A stretch of 59,501 nucleotides of DNA, the filler included, from Sphacelaria rigidula (taxonomy: Eukaryota): the NCBI GenBank assembly GCA_964200075.2. It is 10 parts of 10 records of this genome, joined end to end, with 100 filler letters (N's around TTAATTAATTAA, not from the genome) between each part and the next. Parts side by side here need not be neighbours in the genome. Positions count along the whole stretch, not along the records: positions 23,843 to 29,702 come from CAXNAA020023912.1; positions 29,803 to 35,662 come from CAXNAA020023913.1; positions 35,763 to 41,622 come from CAXNAA020023914.1; 7 more parts are not named here. One strand, written 5' to 3'. Below are positions 24,943 through 38,273 of this stretch, one piece after another. The first letter of the stretch is position 1. Each line of letters starts with the position of its first letter. The notes beneath the pieces were generated by a model. That model was not told the DNA's origin and did no database searches. It worked only from the letters and a program-made list of their open reading frames with translations. Made by a program: the position numbers and the translations under genes.

Positions 24943-25511
24943 TGTGGTTATCGTACCAGTACGGAGTAAAATCCCCCGTTTATCGAGGGAGTGCTATTGA
25001 CCGTATATGGTTCAAAAAAACGATTTTCCGATTACTGTCGCGAGATGAATATCTTGAAAAAAACTGAACCATACAATCATTCATTATCATTATTCATATC
25101 GGTTCGGCTGAGCGAAAATATTAAAGGGCGAGAACCTGGGGCGGTACACTCGTAGGACCCCCGACGACCGGTTAGCCCGTGACTTGTTCAAAAATTGACC
25201 GTAGGGTTTTTTTTTCTTCAGAACTTGTGTCGGCACTTGGATCTCTCGACAAAGTTAGGGATCACAAAGTAACCGCAGTGAGCAGTGGTGACCGAAAAGC
25301 CCGAAAAATGCCGTTTCAGTCGAAAAATAGGATCTTCAGATACTTACCCTTAATCGACATATTTGAGTCATCACCCTATCGAGAGCCACGGAAACGTAAC
25401 GATTACACCGTCGCGTAGTGCAATCGCTAGTGCATCTGCCGTCTTTTCGAACAGCTTTGGTATTTCGCTATGAGAGTACCTGGGGTTGTCCATCTAACCC
25501 TTGCTTGGTAG

Positions 25512-25620
25512 AGGAATAGCAGGGTCGTTGGATAGACGAGTCGACGTCTGTGACCACGGGTCCGAGAGATCGGGTTAATGTGTGGAAATAATAACACATG
25601 ATAATGATGATGATATCATA
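25512..25620 (+). repeat. Dispersed repeat (retroposon-like 3' end with ATA/ATG tail), copy 1
   Basis: AGGAATAGCAGGG...GTCTGTGACCA...CGAGAGAT shared with 29127-29235. Confidence 0.55.
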
Positions 25621-25623
25621 ACT

Positions 25624-25940
25624 GCGCCCCGGTGGTGTAATGGTCCGACGGTCGCAATTAGGGTGGAGAGGACGAGCGTTTGATTCCTGATGCTTTGACT
25701 TTTTTCTACGTTTTGTACGATTTTCACAGTGGAAAGCGTGAGAACGTGAGTAAACAAAGTAGTCGACTGGGTTTGTGTGACGTGAGTTGACGCGGTGCGA
25801 GAGGGCTGACCCAATCCGCGAGATCAAAATGTAAGGCGCGTACCGGGGGAGAGAAGGGTTGATCCCTTGAAACCACGGACTCATCCCGAGGAAGGGGAGG
25901 GATTTCAAAGTGCGAAGAAAAGGAATAAATAAACAATAAA
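25624..25940 (+). mobile_element. tRNA-derived SINE family S2, full-length
   Basis: Pol III A box TGGTGTAATGG, B-box-like GTTTGATTCC, unique body and A-rich tail. Other copies at 45218-45530, 29895-30130 and 47683-47815. Confidence 0.8.
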
Positions 25941-26547
25941 CTTCTGATAATGCATGCGCTCGAAAAAATATGGCGACCAGTCAGCACGTAATTAGTAAAT
26001 CAGTAGCAGCCGTCCAGGACTAACGAATCGAAAACCAAAGGGTCCACATGTACAGAGTTTCGTATTCTTGCACATGACAGCAACAGTATCATATACATTT
26101 TCCACGACTGCTGAGGAAAAACAGATGCGTACACACCTTCCCGCGACATGAAAACAAACAGGAAATGGGGCAAGGCGACGAGAAAGGGCGATATCTTCGG
26201 CAGCTGGTTGAAGGGAGGAAACTTCCTAAAGCACAGTAAACTACAGGCACTGAGGCTTCTAGAAACTCCGAAAACAATAACATCTGAAAGAGGACGGACA
26301 CACACCTACCCAACTAATCACGTATATACCCAGCGCAAAAAAAGAGACGGCTGCAAACGGTGTCTCAAAAGACGCTGAAATAAAAAATTCCTGAAAAAAG
26401 GGACCATAACCAACTGTCGAGACATTTCATGACGTACACAGACTACGGTGTCTCAAAACTCTGAATGATAATGATGAAATATAAATAAGTGATAACAACA
26501 ACGACAACAACGACAACAACAACAACACTGTGATGCAAGCAACTCAC

Positions 26548-26652
26548 ATCTAGAATAGGCACAATGTTGGAAACCTTGATGAGGCCGTGCAGGTACCCTA
26601 TGACGTTTTGGACCGCCCACGGATCTTCCAGCTCCTCTGCCTCTGCTCGGCG
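26548..26652 (-). CDS. EIF3L: Eukaryotic translation initiation factor 3 subunit L, internal exon
   Basis: RRAEAEELEDPWAVQNVIGYLHGLIKVSNIVPILD resembles the eIF3L segment WNVxxVLxVLHSLVxKSNI. CAG acceptor, GTGAGT donor, in phase with the upstream exon. Confidence 0.8.
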
Positions 26653-27589
26653 CTGCGATTCATCACAGCGGCCGTGTGTGCACACAGGACAACAGACACA
26701 ACAACAATAGCAGCAGCAGCAGCAGCAGCAGCAGCAACGACGACAACGAACAAAACAGCAACAACACAATCACAGGACAGCACGAGGTTCCTATGAGCTC
26801 CAGCTTATTTTTCCGTTTCGTCGAGCTTCTGACTCTCCTCCCTCCTCTGCACGAGTCCGTAGCGTGAGATAATCGACCAACCAGCCAGCCCATCTCACCC
26901 CCAGCACTTTTCTCCTTGCTGTTTCATCAAGTATTACTCGAAAACGCCACGGCACTCCGTCGACTTTCGACCATCGAATCATTTTGCCACGTTGACAACA
27001 CTACGCATGCCCCCGCCAGGGAAGACTAGCTGCACTAGTGCGGACGCTATGTCGGTGCCCTATCTATACATCGCAGTTTTGTGGATGTGTGCTTGCTTTC
27101 AGATGACAGCAACTATTGCCATCATTATTTTTTTTCCTTCAATTCGTTGTCGTGAAAATATCACTATATTTTGCGAAGCAACGCACGCGTTTCTTGTTAT
27201 CTACCCAACACCAAAAAACGTCCTCCGCGGGAGATACGCGAACATGTCCGATCCCAACAGAAGCAATAAAACACACACACACACACCCAACGTCAACTAA
27301 GATGCTTCATCTAGAGACATATCGCTGCTCGACAGTCGCAGGCCGCGGAAAAGCTAATACTCCAGCGTGTGTTGGGCGGGTCATTTCCTACACGTGGTCT
27401 CTTGAAAAATCATACTCCACGGACCCGAAATCTTGAGTAGAGCACTGAGATCGTACTCAATGATACCGACAGATATTCGGTATATTAATGCCATCGTACT
27501 TAATAACACCACGCCAATATTTGGGTAGAGTCTGGAGACCAGACCTTCGCAACACAAACTTTGTCAAAATACACACCCGTGAAAAATAC

Positions 27590-27802
27590 CAGGGCCCTAC
27601 ACGTTAGACACTGAGATTCACGTTTCACGTCAAAAAGTTAAACTAGGCTAGTAATACAGTGGGGGGCCACGTGCGGAGCCCTGAATTGACTTGACTTTTG
27701 AACCGGGTTCCCCACGTGGTCCCCGTCCCCTACTGTAGTACTAGCCTGACCTAACTTTTGATATGAAACGTGAAACGTGAACGTGTTACGTGTAGGGCCC
27801 TG
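27590..27802. mobile_element. hAT-superfamily MITE in eIF3L intron
   Basis: Perfect 15-bp TIR CAGGGCCCTACACGT/ACGTGTAGGGCCCTG and perfect 8-bp TSD AAAAATAC (27582-27589, 27803-27810). Confidence 0.9.
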
Positions 27803-28516
27803 AAAAATACCACACGTAGAACAGATCATGACCTGTCTGAAACAAATAATCGAAGAAAACTCTCGAACCCGTTCGACCCAAAACACAAAATATGTGACGG
27901 CGAAGTCAGAAAAGCCGAAGCGCAACCTTTGCGCTACTCGACGTTATAGGTGCTGCAAGGAGCAAACATGGAAACGGGGGGTCAAATGATCTGGATCAGA
28001 GTACTGAGAAGGAGTAAGTTTCAGACGGATCATGACTCTGTCCAAGGTGTGAAAATATCACTTCTCAAGAGTCACAGGCCACGGGAAAAACTTATTTTTC
28101 ACTGTACCCTACACCACTTTTACTTGATGGCAAAAATTGGCTCCGAAACCATGGGAGAAACAAATCCACCTGAAGCACACATTTTGAAAGACACAGAAAA
28201 AAGTCAGACGAGTGCACCTAAAATTCTCGCCACTGTTGCTTCCCCACTCACAGAGTCGGTTGGATTATGTACGACTGTTTAGATACGAAGACGACGTCTC
28301 ATACCGTTAGATGATGACTTTTATACGATCGCTGGAGTTTTGACCTACGCTGAGTGTGTTTATCTTGCGGATGATGACCGCCGCTGTATCCCACGGAGAT
28401 CAGTTAACGTGCGGCAATCAACCAATCGATCAAATATCGATCAAGATGGCCTGTGATAGTTTGATCATGTCGAACACCGTTGGATCATGACCTTTATCCA
28501 AGTCAGGAGTACTCAC

Positions 28517-28681
28517 CTGTCCCCTCATCTGGCAGAACGACTGGAACTGGTACACAAACTCGTGTATGAGGTCGAATGCCCACGCCTCGGTAATCACGAG
28601 GTTAGTGTCCCGGCAATCCAGCAGCATGTCGAACAGCCGGCAATAGTTGTACCACGACTCAAGGTAGCCGTCCATTTGGAC
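28517..28681 (-). CDS. EIF3L: Eukaryotic translation initiation factor 3 subunit L, internal exon
   Basis: ESWYNYCRLFDMLL...WAFDLIHEFVYQFQSFCQ matches the conserved eIF3L motif ESYxNYCxLF...WLWDIIDEFIYQFQSF. TTTCAG acceptor, GTGAGT donor. Confidence 0.92.
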
Positions 28682-29126
28682 CTGAAATGTCGTGGGTAGA
28701 CAGGAAAACAGAGCAGAATCAAAACAGGCCAACGCAGTCTGATTTTCGCACATGTTTCATTTGAGCGCGGTGGTAGTTGTGGTATACTGCAAGCGAACGA
28801 ATCTCAAGTTGATTGACGTGCACATGTTCTTTCGGGGCGGCTACTGTACGGAAAAGGATCCATTTTTTCACGGTAACAATTATGTCATCCTTCTTTCCTT
28901 CGTTATTTCTTCTTTTCAAAGATTCTTTCATTATTCATTTTTTGAGCAGATCTGAAGTTTGTTCTTTAATTTCTTTCACTCCGTTGAACTCGGGAAAGCT
29001 ACCTCTCTTGTTTTTCTTCGTGTCTCCCTTCTTATTTTCAATTTGGTAATATTATGGTTGCTTGCGATTGTTCTTGTAATTGCGCTGGAGTCTCCAAACA
29101 AATGATGGAGGACTCTGTGTCTGATA

Positions 29127-29235
29127 AGGAATAGCAGGGACGGTATTGGAAAGACGACCCTCCGTCTGTGACCAGGGGTTCGAGAGATTGGACTTATGTG
29201 CGGAGATATGAATAATAGTACTGTAATAATAATAC
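29127..29235 (+). repeat. Dispersed repeat, copy 2 of 25512-25620
   Basis: Sequence similarity and an (ATA)n tail. Confidence 0.55.
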
Positions 29236-29558
29236 TTTCTGTAGAGTGACGAGGGGTAAACTATTCTTCAGTTGTAGAACAACACCACCCAAAATGTCCC
29301 AAGAGCTAAAATTGGGGGAGGTTTTCTAACTCCAAGCAATGAGGCTGTCAGACGTGGTCAGACTTTAGGAAATGGAGGTCGCTCAGGTCTCGACACTTTG
29401 TTCTCGAAGTCGGAGCAAGGATTGCACACTGTTTGCCACACTTCGGTACATGTTGATCGCAAGTCAGAAATAAAAACTGATCTAGTGGTTAAAAAAAACA
29501 CTACCGATAGTGAGGCGTCGGAATTTTGGATTTCCTGGAGACCGTGTCGCACCCTATA

Positions 29559-29702
29559 GGGAGGGGGGCGAGGGTGGGGCGTACTCGTTTGTTGCTTGCC
29601 TTAGTCGTTCGACCATTGACCACGCATCCCTTTCGAGACGAAGCACCGTTCCTACTCCTAATAGAGACACCTCCAACATTCCGGCGCTCATTACGTTTCT
29701 TC
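29559..29702 (-). mobile_element. C-tailed non-LTR-like element 3' end, subfamily A, cut by contig end
   Basis: Minus strand encodes KKRNERRNVGGVSIRSRNGASSRKGCVVNGRTTKASNK, then GAGTACG and a C-rich tail. Confidence 0.85.
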
Positions 29703-29894
29703 NNNNNNNNNNNNNNNNNNNNNNNNNNNNNNNNNNNNNNNNNNNNTTAATTAATTAANNNNNNNNNNNNNNNNNNNNNNNNNNNNNNNNNNNNNNNNNN
29801 NNTTTAGTCTCCCGTCTTAAAAGGGAGTGGGGGCAAAGGGAAAAAAACACAGGCCAAAAACACAAGAATCCCCCCCCCCCCCCCCCCCCTCCCA

Positions 29895-30130
29895 AAGTAT
29901 CTGATTTCGACTGTCGAAAGCGGGTGGGGTGTACGTGAGTAGACAAAAAAAATGAGTGACTGAGTTTGTTTGACTTGAGTTGACGCGGTGAGGGAGTGAG
30001 AGTGCTGGTCATAATCCAATCCGCGAGATCAAAAAGCAAGGCATGTTCCGGGGAGAGATGGGTCGATCCCTTGAGACCATTAGACCGCGGACTCGTCCTG
30101 AGGAAGGAAGAGGAGGGGTTCAAATTGTCA
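29895..30130 (+). mobile_element. SINE family S2, 5'-truncated
   Basis: GAGTTGACGCGGTG, CCAATCCGCGAGATCAAAA and GATCCCTTGAGACCA shared with 25624-25940. Confidence 0.75.
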
Positions 30131-33100
30131 CAGGGGAGAAAAGACAGACATGGTTAACATATTCTCTCTATCGTATGAACTCGTAGAGCTCATTCACTTT
30201 CTAGAATGAAAAACGGGTTTTGAACCCTTAGACCGAAATGTTATTGCAGTAGTCCATCTGGATCATGCATAATTTTTTCAAGTAAAACCGATGCCGATTC
30301 AACACAAGACCTACTCTCGCCGTCTATGGGTTAAGAATAAGAAGCGAGGGACAACTCTTCCCATCTTGTCTTGCCTGCTGGAAATGGTACGTCCGTATTC
30401 GCTCCGAACGATCGCCGGTGCCCACAGCCGAGGATCGCAGCACAGCCTCCTCCCTAGTGCGTTGTTCGTGCCTTGCCTGAAACACCCTGGCATTGCCGTG
30501 CCATGTCGTGAGGGGTAGCAGCATGAACGCGAGGACTATTGCGGGCGGGGACTCACGCTTTTTTTTTTTTAACGCATTGCACGTGAGATCACTCACTCAT
30601 ACGCGGCGGGACCAATTTGTGCGGTTCCATCATATACACAAAATCTACGGTAGATAGGCCCGGGCTTAATTCACTGTCTTTTCCCTTGTCGGAAATTCTT
30701 GCCTCGCGCTACAAGAAAACGGAGAATCGGCGATGCACCGTTCGACGGACTTTTTCTATGCATTACGTTGCATTTATTGTTTTTTTTATGAACCCGGGTC
30801 CGACAGTTGCCTCGAGAAGTTAAGCACATACGTAGATCATCGTCGTCGTCTTTTTTTTTGTATCACCACACCATTAAAAAAAATGCAGCCACATACCAAT
30901 CGCCGCAACAAGGGAAAATAACGAAATGCTGGAGAAAAAAAGGAGGACCCCCCAAAACTGGCGGGCAGAAATGAAACGCATGTTCGTGGTCCACTTTTTC
31001 TAATCTCGCTCTCTACCCCATTCATCATTCGCTCGCCGCTTCACAATTCGCACCGCTGCTTCTTCATTCACTATGAAAGCTCTGAGGTGGAAACAAAAGC
31101 GAATCAAAATGTTGCCGAAACTAGAAACGCAATCGAGCCGGAAAAGCACATCACCGAGACCGACCTCGAGCGCAGAAGGTTGAGCGCCTTTGCTCTGTTG
31201 CGATGTTGAGACCGCTCATCCTGATTCCGGAAAGGAAAACGTGCAAGGCGGGGGAGGACACACACGGACAGTGCATTGCGGTGTTGTTCTTTCTCAATGT
31301 TATGGAGGCATTTTACAGCGATTATAACTCACCATCCGCGGCGTTAATTGGAGACGGTCATGTTCCAACGCCTAAAATATACTGAGACTAGAGGGGCAGA
31401 CGTCCTTGGAAGAGAGGTCGCCACAACAGCACGGATAACTGGCGCTACAGACCAGCAATCGCGCATTTGGCAGCCGGATGGGGAAGGATACATATCGCTG
31501 CCGAAGGGGGGAACGTTCATTGCACGATACGTATCCCGCCACAGCAATACCTGACGAAGTTGACACTGTGTTCTTACTGGCAGTACGACGAATATTGTAG
31601 TACTTACTGTACGATGCGAACCACGCCTGGGCAGAGCTAGAATACCCGCGATCCATTCGTGAAAAAATGTTCAAGTTGCAACTCGAAAACTCCGCCCAAG
31701 GGCGATCATGAGCCTGTCAAAGACTGGTGGACACCGTCACGTGGGAGCCCTTCACGGGAGAATATCCGGTTGATTCCGAGAGAAAACACCCACAGCAACC
31801 GCCCCTGTTATTCTCAGACCATCGCAGTAACCGCCACACCAAGTCTGGCACTGTGAGGGAGGAGACGTCGCCCCCTGCCCGAACAGGTCCGCGGTGGTCC
31901 TTGGCAGAAGACGTCCTTCTCCTCGGCTACGTTGTGCGGCCGCGTCTTGCTCGACACGGCGTATATAGCTGCGTATATAACTCGAGGACATCTTCCTCTA
32001 ACATGTAGAAAACCTTAACTTAACTGGTAATTATTTCCCGTCGTGGTGCTAGCCACGACCGACAAGGGGCCGACGTGAACAACAAGGATGGCAAGATCTA
32101 CCCCTGCCGGATTTCATATCGTTACCCTCTAGAATTGTCCTTAGAAAGTGTTCTAGTCTTCGGAATCACCCCAGTGTAACGGTATTTGGAGGGACGGGTC
32201 CCGACGAGAAACAGTCATCGGTTGGGCGGATATGAATGCTTGATACGCTCGGATAGTAACTGACTTTTGGATACGAATCTTTGCTAATTAGTCGTTTGCA
32301 GGGCACGAATCTCATGCGAAGAATAGGATTGGGTGTTCCGAGTTGTTTACAACGGTTGATCGAGGAATTCATATTGCATGGTTGAATGAAACTGGTTACA
32401 ATTCGCATGGTCCATGTGCGCAACGGACAGTAACTCCCGGAAAATTCTTTGGTCTATGATTGATGGCACGGTCCACGGGGTATTCAGCTGGTGCAGACCA
32501 ACCGCTGGTGGTGCTCACGGGCCAGCAACGTTCCTATTTTATTGTGCCTGCATTTTGTCTCTCTTGGTTCTTATATGGTGACTATGTGTGAATTATAACT
32601 CTTGGTGTGGGGTGCAACACGCAATACGCTTGCCCTCGTGTTCACTCTGTGGTTTTCGTTCGGACAGTCAGCACTGGACTACCCTTTCTCCCAGTGTTAC
32701 ACGAGTCCTGCTGGTGAGCCGTGATTAGGGGACTATAGGCTACACTGGTTAGTAACTGTATACTAAATTGGAAATCCATTTATTGTGAACGCCTTGAAAT
32801 GGTTTACTTCACCGTCCGTGTTGGTGGCAAGTTGATTTGGGTGGAATGCTACACAGTCTTGTGTATGCAGTAAATTGGTCCAGATTGAGCCCCTGTTCTC
32901 GCGAACATCAGGACCAGGGTTCAGTGTGGCTTCCCTTCTCAGAGGGGTACTGCACCCAATCTCACGAAAGCAACATCGTGCATAAACATCCTTTCAAGCT
33001 GCACAGCGCAAAAAATCATCCTTGGGTTGCCGAATCTGCTGCGTCAACACCTACCTGCGGCTTCAATCCACACATACGTCAACTTTCAGCATCATCAGAC

Positions 33101-35563
33101 GCCAGATGTGCTGTGTGTGGGCGCCCAATCTCCAAAAATACCGCCTCCATATCATTGAAAAGGACCAACACATTAGCGCGAGGCCGAAGAGCGCAGGATG
33201 AAGGCAACATGTGCTCTGAGTAGGACCATTTCTCACGGGAACCAGTCCCGAAGCTGGGGGGACCCCAATCTGTGCCAAATCGGGGGGACTCAAATTCGCG
33301 GAACTCAGATCCGTGTGTGCCACAAAATGGTTTAACAGATATTGTGAAATTGGTCTGTAGACGGAGGGTCATTTTCTGCAGGGGTGTGGTATCACAGTGA
33401 AGCCGAAGAACAGGTAGGCAGTGAATCATCCTTCAAGAGCAGCGTCGTACCGTGGTACCCTGGGGAATAATGCAGCGCAGTACACTCCACAATCATAGCA
33501 CACGATAATGCCGTGTGGTTACAATATGCATGATGGTACAGTCGGTATTTACGAGGACAAAGCACAGTGTGAGTTTGCGAGTGCAGTGCCATTTATCACC
33601 TTGCAGGTACAGCGGCAGCAGAGTGTAGGATAGTGCAGTACCGTTCGTTGTGATGATACATACAACAGCGCAGTGCAGCATGTAATATTACCATCGCTGC
33701 AGGTTACGGCGTCAGCACTTCTTATCCGCTTGTCAAACCCCGCGCGAAGCTGCTCCAGCAGCTGGCGCAGGCAGGCACGGCCTGTGCTGTCAAGAGACTG
33801 TTGAAATGGTTGCAAAAATATCAAACGCCTGTTGCCCTATCATCGTACGCCAATGTACGTAGGTTACTCCCTACAGAGTCGAGGGGCCTTGATTTTCTCC
33901 CGATCTGCGCTCAGATTCGGGGAAAACCGTTCTCAAATCGTGATATACGAATCTGAGCTTCCCCGATTTGGGCAAAATTGAGGCCCATAGCAGGCGTTTC
34001 CCCATTTGAGTTCCCCCGATCTGCGTACAGACCGGGTTTTGTGACTGCCACAAAAAATGGTGTAAGGCCGTTTCCTCCGGTTCGTTTTTTTCCCTCGTAT
34101 TCTGCAACAAATTATGAGGAAAAAATATGAGAGATGTCGACCCTAGCTTGCGGTTCCAGATATATTTTTCAGGGGGGTGGGGTACCAAAAGTACCGTCAG
34201 CGGAATTCAAAGGGGTGTGCCCACCAAGGCGAGGTACAAAGACCTAAAGACTTCGCCATCCCAAGCTTCCTGTGTTTGTGTGAAAAGACGTGAAACTTAG
34301 ACTTCCCCCGATCGCTGCTGGCCCAGCTCGCACTGTGTGCAAACTGACATCTTCAGTCTATACTGCCGTATCCCGTATGCAGCAGTACAGACAGTTGTAC
34401 TGTACTGTCTGGTACTGTCTGTACTGCACTCCCCCACATCAATTTTACTGTAGCCGTTGTATATTTCCGTCTGCAACCTGACATGTGCGCATGCATACTG
34501 CCGTATGCGGCAGGCAGAACAGGCGGTATTGTACTGCTTAATTCTGTCTGTACTGCACGTTGTCCGTATCATATTTATTGCAGCCGTTGTACTACTGGCA
34601 AACTAACATTTCCATCCTCCTGTACTGTTCTATGCGGCAGTACAAGTCATGTACTGTCTGCACTGTACGAACGCCGTCCAAACAAATCATTTTCGGCAGC
34701 CGTTGGGTGCAGCATGGTATGTGGATTCTACTGTTCAATGCGGCAGTGCATACAGTACAGTATTGCACGTTGTCCACATATATCAGGTTGTACGCATCAT
34801 TTTTACTACAGCCGTGCGTACTACCGTCATGTGCAAACTGACACCTACAACTCACTGCATGAGACAGCACAAGACAGTATCCTGTAATCTTTGCGCTGGG
34901 TACTGTCTGTGCTGCAGCTTTTCGAGACCACGGTCGATGCCAATAGATCATCAACCCCTGACGACATCTCGCGTGCGCCGGGAGGCGAAGCAAAGTTTGG
35001 TCTGGTGTGTAAACGGCGCTGGGGATGTTCGACATTGCTGTCAGGAGAGCCCCGCAGATGTCGAAGGGCATAAACATATTCAGGGCTGGTGGGCGTTGTT
35101 AGTCTCACCGCGCCGCGAGTGAAAAAAAACGAGAGAAAAATACAAGTCGATCTCGTCTCGTTTTTTTTTTTTCAATACAAGCAAGGAGGGCCCATCTCGT
35201 AAATTTTCCCTCGTCTTGTATTTTATCCCCGAGAATCTTGTGAGGAAACGAACCGTAAGTAGCCATCTTGTATTTTCCCCTCGTCATTTCCAAAAAACGA
35301 GGGGAAAGAACGAATAGGAAGAAACGGCCTAACAAGCCAGTTCGTGAAGGGGAAACAAATGCGGAGAGGAAAGGCGGGGTATGGGTTCATTTCCGAGATG
35401 ATGATTCACCCGAAACTTTCTCGCCCGAGAACATTTCCGACGATGATCGCGCCTATCCGTCGTACTGCTATTCATACTTCTGAAATATCCACGCATCACA
35501 TCCGCCGTCAGACTTCTACATTACCGCAAGTGCTACCGTTATGGGACACAGCACTACAGACGA

Positions 35564-35662
35564 GGGGGGCGTATTCATGATCATGCACGCCATAGCCATA
35601 AGACCATTGACCTCGCATCCCCGGAAAGCCGGAACAGAGCACGCCGCGTTTTCGCCGGACCA
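35564..35662 (-). mobile_element. C-tailed non-LTR-like element 3' end, subfamily B, cut by contig end
   Basis: Minus strand reads TGGTCCGGCGAAAACGCGGCGTGCTCTG...GGGATGCGAGGTCAATGGTC...CATGAATACG followed by C6. Confidence 0.75.
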
Positions 35663-35762
35663 NNNNNNNNNNNNNNNNNNNNNNNNNNNNNNNNNNNNNN
35701 NNNNNNTTAATTAATTAANNNNNNNNNNNNNNNNNNNNNNNNNNNNNNNNNNNNNNNNNNNN

Positions 35763-38273
35763 GTAAACGTGTAGCCCTTTGTGACGAAGACCGCTTATTG
35801 CGATCGAAGCGAAGCCTACCGTCAAACATATGTACTCCTGTTTCAGTTAAGAGTACATCATGCTTCTTCTGCACTTGGTGCAGAGAAAAAAGGTTGAAGT
35901 GTATTCCTTCAAGTACGTAAACGTCAGTCAGTTGCACCCAAATTCTGAGGACGCACCGATAGATGTCGGGGCGGTGGAATTTCCCATGTGGAATTTGAGC
36001 TTCAAACTCCCTACTGCTCTGACGGGGAGAATTGTTCCGTTCCCCACAATCACGTGCTCATTTCCTCTGGGGGGGGGGCGTAAATCAAACATACCAACCA
36101 TTGACCCAGTGGTATGGTGTGAAGCACCATTATCACTTATCCACTCCTCTGTACCATCATCCACATCAAACCCCGACCCACTCTGGTTAAGCAAAGCAAC
36201 CCCCAAAGTAAAATCACCCAACTCAAAACGTGACTCACCACGGGACACAGAATGTGCCATGCACCGGTGAAGCGGCGCAGAGGATGCAGCTGAACCGGAG
36301 TAAGACAGACTGGAATCAGGTTGGGCATGATGAGGGTGTTGTTGCTGCTGCAGTTGATGAGGGTGTTGCAGCTGAAGTTCACCTTGCTGCAGTGGTGACT
36401 GGATCTGGTTGTTGGTGGCAGCTGCGGAGAATTGTGGGGGGTTGCGGGGAAACTGGATACAGTGTGCATAACCTGCACCGCTGAAGTCGCTGCTGTCTTC
36501 CAACACCCACCCGTCTTTATTTGTTCCATTCCACTGTTGTTCGTCGTGGCTGCTCTCTTCGTTCCCCCCTTGGTCACCGTAAAGTTGCACGGTGTTGACC
36601 AATCCGTAGGAATGAGTCCAAGGGGGGGGCTGCTGTCCTCCGTGACGAGGTTGATTCTGGGTAGGATGCGCATGACGTACCCCCGAATCGACTTGCGGTG
36701 TCACTACTCTACGCCATGGGCAAAAAGTATGCATGTGGCCAAGTTCATCGCATGTGATGCATCGTTTACGGGGGTCGGCGTGGTGAATTGGGGGTTCGTT
36801 GCCTACAGGGCGGTATAGACCATCAGGATAAGCCGAATAATCGTATCCACCGCGCGGCGGGTCATAATACGGAAGTTGGCTGCCGGAGTGGGCATTCCCA
36901 CCCCCGCGCCCCGAAGCACCGTACCTGTGATCAAATCTACGCCCTGCGCCCCGTCCTCCACGTCTCGCTTGCTGCTGATGTTGCTGATGTTGCTGGCGTT
37001 GTTGCTGCTGTTTGTTGCTGAGTGAGCTGCGGTGACTGGGTGAGAATCCTACCACGTCCACTACCCCCACGTCCTCCAAAACTGTCTGTACTATGGTATT
37101 ACTGTTGGCGAACACCATTCCACGCACCACGGTCACCACGACTTTCTTGTGCGTGCATGTTTCGTTGTGCGTAGCAGTCAGAGTCATCGTGATGGGTCGT
37201 ATTGTAGAAATAACAAAAAACATCACCCTGTTGTCGACGTCTCTCACCGCCCTGTTGTCGTCCATTTTGCAGCACGCCCCCACCTCTGCCACCCCCAGTG
37301 GCAGCGACGAGCACGTGGCCTTGTATCCCATCCTGATTCCTTCCTGCTCTACTCCTGGCCAGTTCCATCTCACCATGCGCCGTCATCACCTTGCGCTCCA
37401 GGGTATCTGTTGTTACTTCATCAGAAGCAAGCAATAAACCACGGACGATGGCGAAGTCACTTGAAAGGCGGCGTCTGTAGTGTCGATTCGCATCTGCATC
37501 TGACATCACGGCTCCAAGCTTAGTACGTTTGTACCGTATCAATTTTGCTCTATACAAAAACATACAGGGGTCCTCTCCCAAGTTACGTCAAGGGTCTGCC
37601 ATGCATGGTCCAACTGTGCCCTTTCGGTGGTTGGAGAAACGGTGTAGTAGTCCACAACGTACTTCCATCCCTCGCTGGGGTTTCCCAGTCTCACTAATTG
37701 TTGCACAAGCGGATTTAAAGTAATATTTTCGACTATTATACTCTATGCTCTGGTGGCCTTTCCTACCAACTCGGTCCCGTACCTCTCGATCAAATCCCAT
37801 TCATTATCAAAATGTACCCTAATTGGAAAAGATGTGTAAAGAGCCTCTTCGTAGAAATCTTGCTTAAAGTACGCTGTCATCTGTAGCTTAAAAACCTTGA
37901 ACGTTTCTCTTACATCCTCATCACTCCTTGCCGTACCATCCCACGCTGTAATGCCATTATGCGAACGTACCCTCAAAATGCCAGACTGTACCATCTGGGC
38001 TTGACCCTGTGTGTGCAGGGGTGAGTCTCGAACGTCTTGAAATGCTGCTGTAGTAGTCGTGGGTTGGAATCGTTGCTAGGGGGGCGTAGCTCTTGTTGCT
38101 GACGCGCGCGCTGCCAGTCTTGGATCCTCTTCTTGTTCTTGACTTTGTTGTCGCAGTTCTTCTTTCTGTTTCTCTTACTCCTGGATGTATCCTGATAGTA
38201 TTTCCCTCACCGCGTCTGGGTCGGCATCTTGTATCTTGGTCATAATGTTGTCTACTTTATTTCCGGAGTCCAT
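35763..38273 (-). mobile_element. Decayed Ty1/copia gag-protease region with frameshifts and stops, cut by contig end
   Basis: Gag-like GEDPCMFLYRA segment, CCHC knuckle CITCDELGHMHTFC, protease WISDNGASHHTT, then VIVGNG and LTDVYVLEGIHFNLFSLHQV. Split over several ORFs. Putative ATG at 38273. Confidence 0.9.

Noticed and set aside
26443..26893. Cys-, Ala-, Leu- or Ser-rich ORFs
   Set aside because: They are translations of intronic CAG/CAA microsatellites flanking the real eIF3L exon.
31720..31775. Chromodomain-like TWEP motif of a gypsy element
   Set aside because: A four-residue match only, with no supporting aromatic-cage residues or integrase nearby.
33220..34900. Large non-autonomous DNA transposon with inverted segments and TACTG/CAGTA-rich interior
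   Set aside because: Local inverted similarity is visible but I could not define termini or a TSD.
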